The notes under the pieces are model-generated. The model was given only the letters and a program-made list of their open reading frames with translations. It was not told where the DNA came from and did no database searches. Source: Naegleria gruberi (Eukaryota). From it: a stretch of 64,000 nucleotides of DNA. The number at the start of each line of letters is the position of its first letter. The first letter of the stretch is position 1. The translations under genes and the position numbers were made by a program. The stretch lies in the NCBI GenBank assembly GCA_000004985.1, contig GG738845.1, one strand, 5' to 3'. This document shows positions 63,969-64,000 of the stretch, piece after piece.

Positions 63969-64000
63969 AATGTCAGCAGAGAAACTGAAAGAAGCAGACA
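63969..64000 (+). CDS. Possible start of another gene (MSAEKLKEAD...), truncated by the window end
   Basis: An ATG in the AAAAAAAATG context typical of this window. Only 10 codons are visible. Confidence 0.15.

Noticed and set aside
1-64000. A prokaryotic or phage reading of the window (operons, CRISPR arrays, defence islands, mobile elements)
   Set aside because: No repeat-spacer arrays, transposase or integrase genes, IS termini or rRNA genes are present. The genes are spliced, carry A-rich Kozak contexts and encode eukaryote-specific proteins.
1-64000. A ciliate nuclear code, where TAA and TAG encode glutamine, as an explanation for the AT-richness
   Set aside because: Recognised proteins terminate at TAA or TAG exactly where their homologues end; ABAT, DHX37, fumarase and the P450 reductase are examples. 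Long genes contain no in-frame TAA or TAG.

Overview
This window is nuclear DNA from an AT-rich eukaryote (roughly one-third GC by eye), not a prokaryotic or phage locus. It is gene-dense: about 35 protein-coding genes on both strands, many of them split by very short spliceosomal introns of 39-95 bp. Intron donors are GTAAGT, GTATGT or GTAGGT and acceptors are YAG. TAA, TAG and TGA all act as stop codons, so a ciliate genetic code is excluded. Start codons sit in a strongly A-rich context (AAAAAAATG). The provided ORF track sometimes assigns M to a non-ATG start (TTG or GTG), and it fragments spliced genes into separate ORFs. Reading the sequence against known protein families I recognised:
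- a myosin head at the window start, 5' partial
- a BRCA1-like RING plus tandem-BRCT gene whose RING finger is split by an intron
- a class I (Fe-S) fumarase
- CDC16/APC6
- GABA aminotransferase
- a Ctf4-like WD40 protein
- NUBP1/Nbp35
- the RNA polymerase III subunit RPC34
- the DEAH helicase DHX37
- a dehydrodolichyl-PP synthase
- a hidden two-exon DSS1/SEM1 gene that the ORF track missed
- an R1R2R3 Myb protein
- an HD-domain dNTPase-like protein
- LSG1
- an approximately 2,600-aa Rav1/DMXL-like gene carrying an in-frame Gly/Ser/Met tandem repeat
- IFT22/RABL5
- a DRC-like flagellar coiled-coil protein
- cytochrome b5 reductase, interrupted by a 60-N assembly gap
- NADPH-P450 reductase
- BLOS2
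- PEX7
The flagellar genes, the class I fumarase, the 3R-Myb and the base composition suggest a free-living amoeboflagellate-type protist. A heterolobosean such as Naegleria would fit, but this cannot be proven from the sequence alone. The most interesting non-coding signal is a set of about ten GC-rich E2F-type elements (TTTSSCGC, several of them the palindrome TTGGCGCCAA). All of them lie in otherwise AT-rich intergenic promoters, typically 30-100 bp upstream of ATGs. Several of the flanking genes are cell-cycle or DNA-replication genes: CDC16, Myb, the Ctf4-like protein, and a protein with a D-box and a KEN box. Several large proteins have no recognisable family and remain uncharacterised. 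No rRNA, tRNA, CRISPR array or transposon was recognised.
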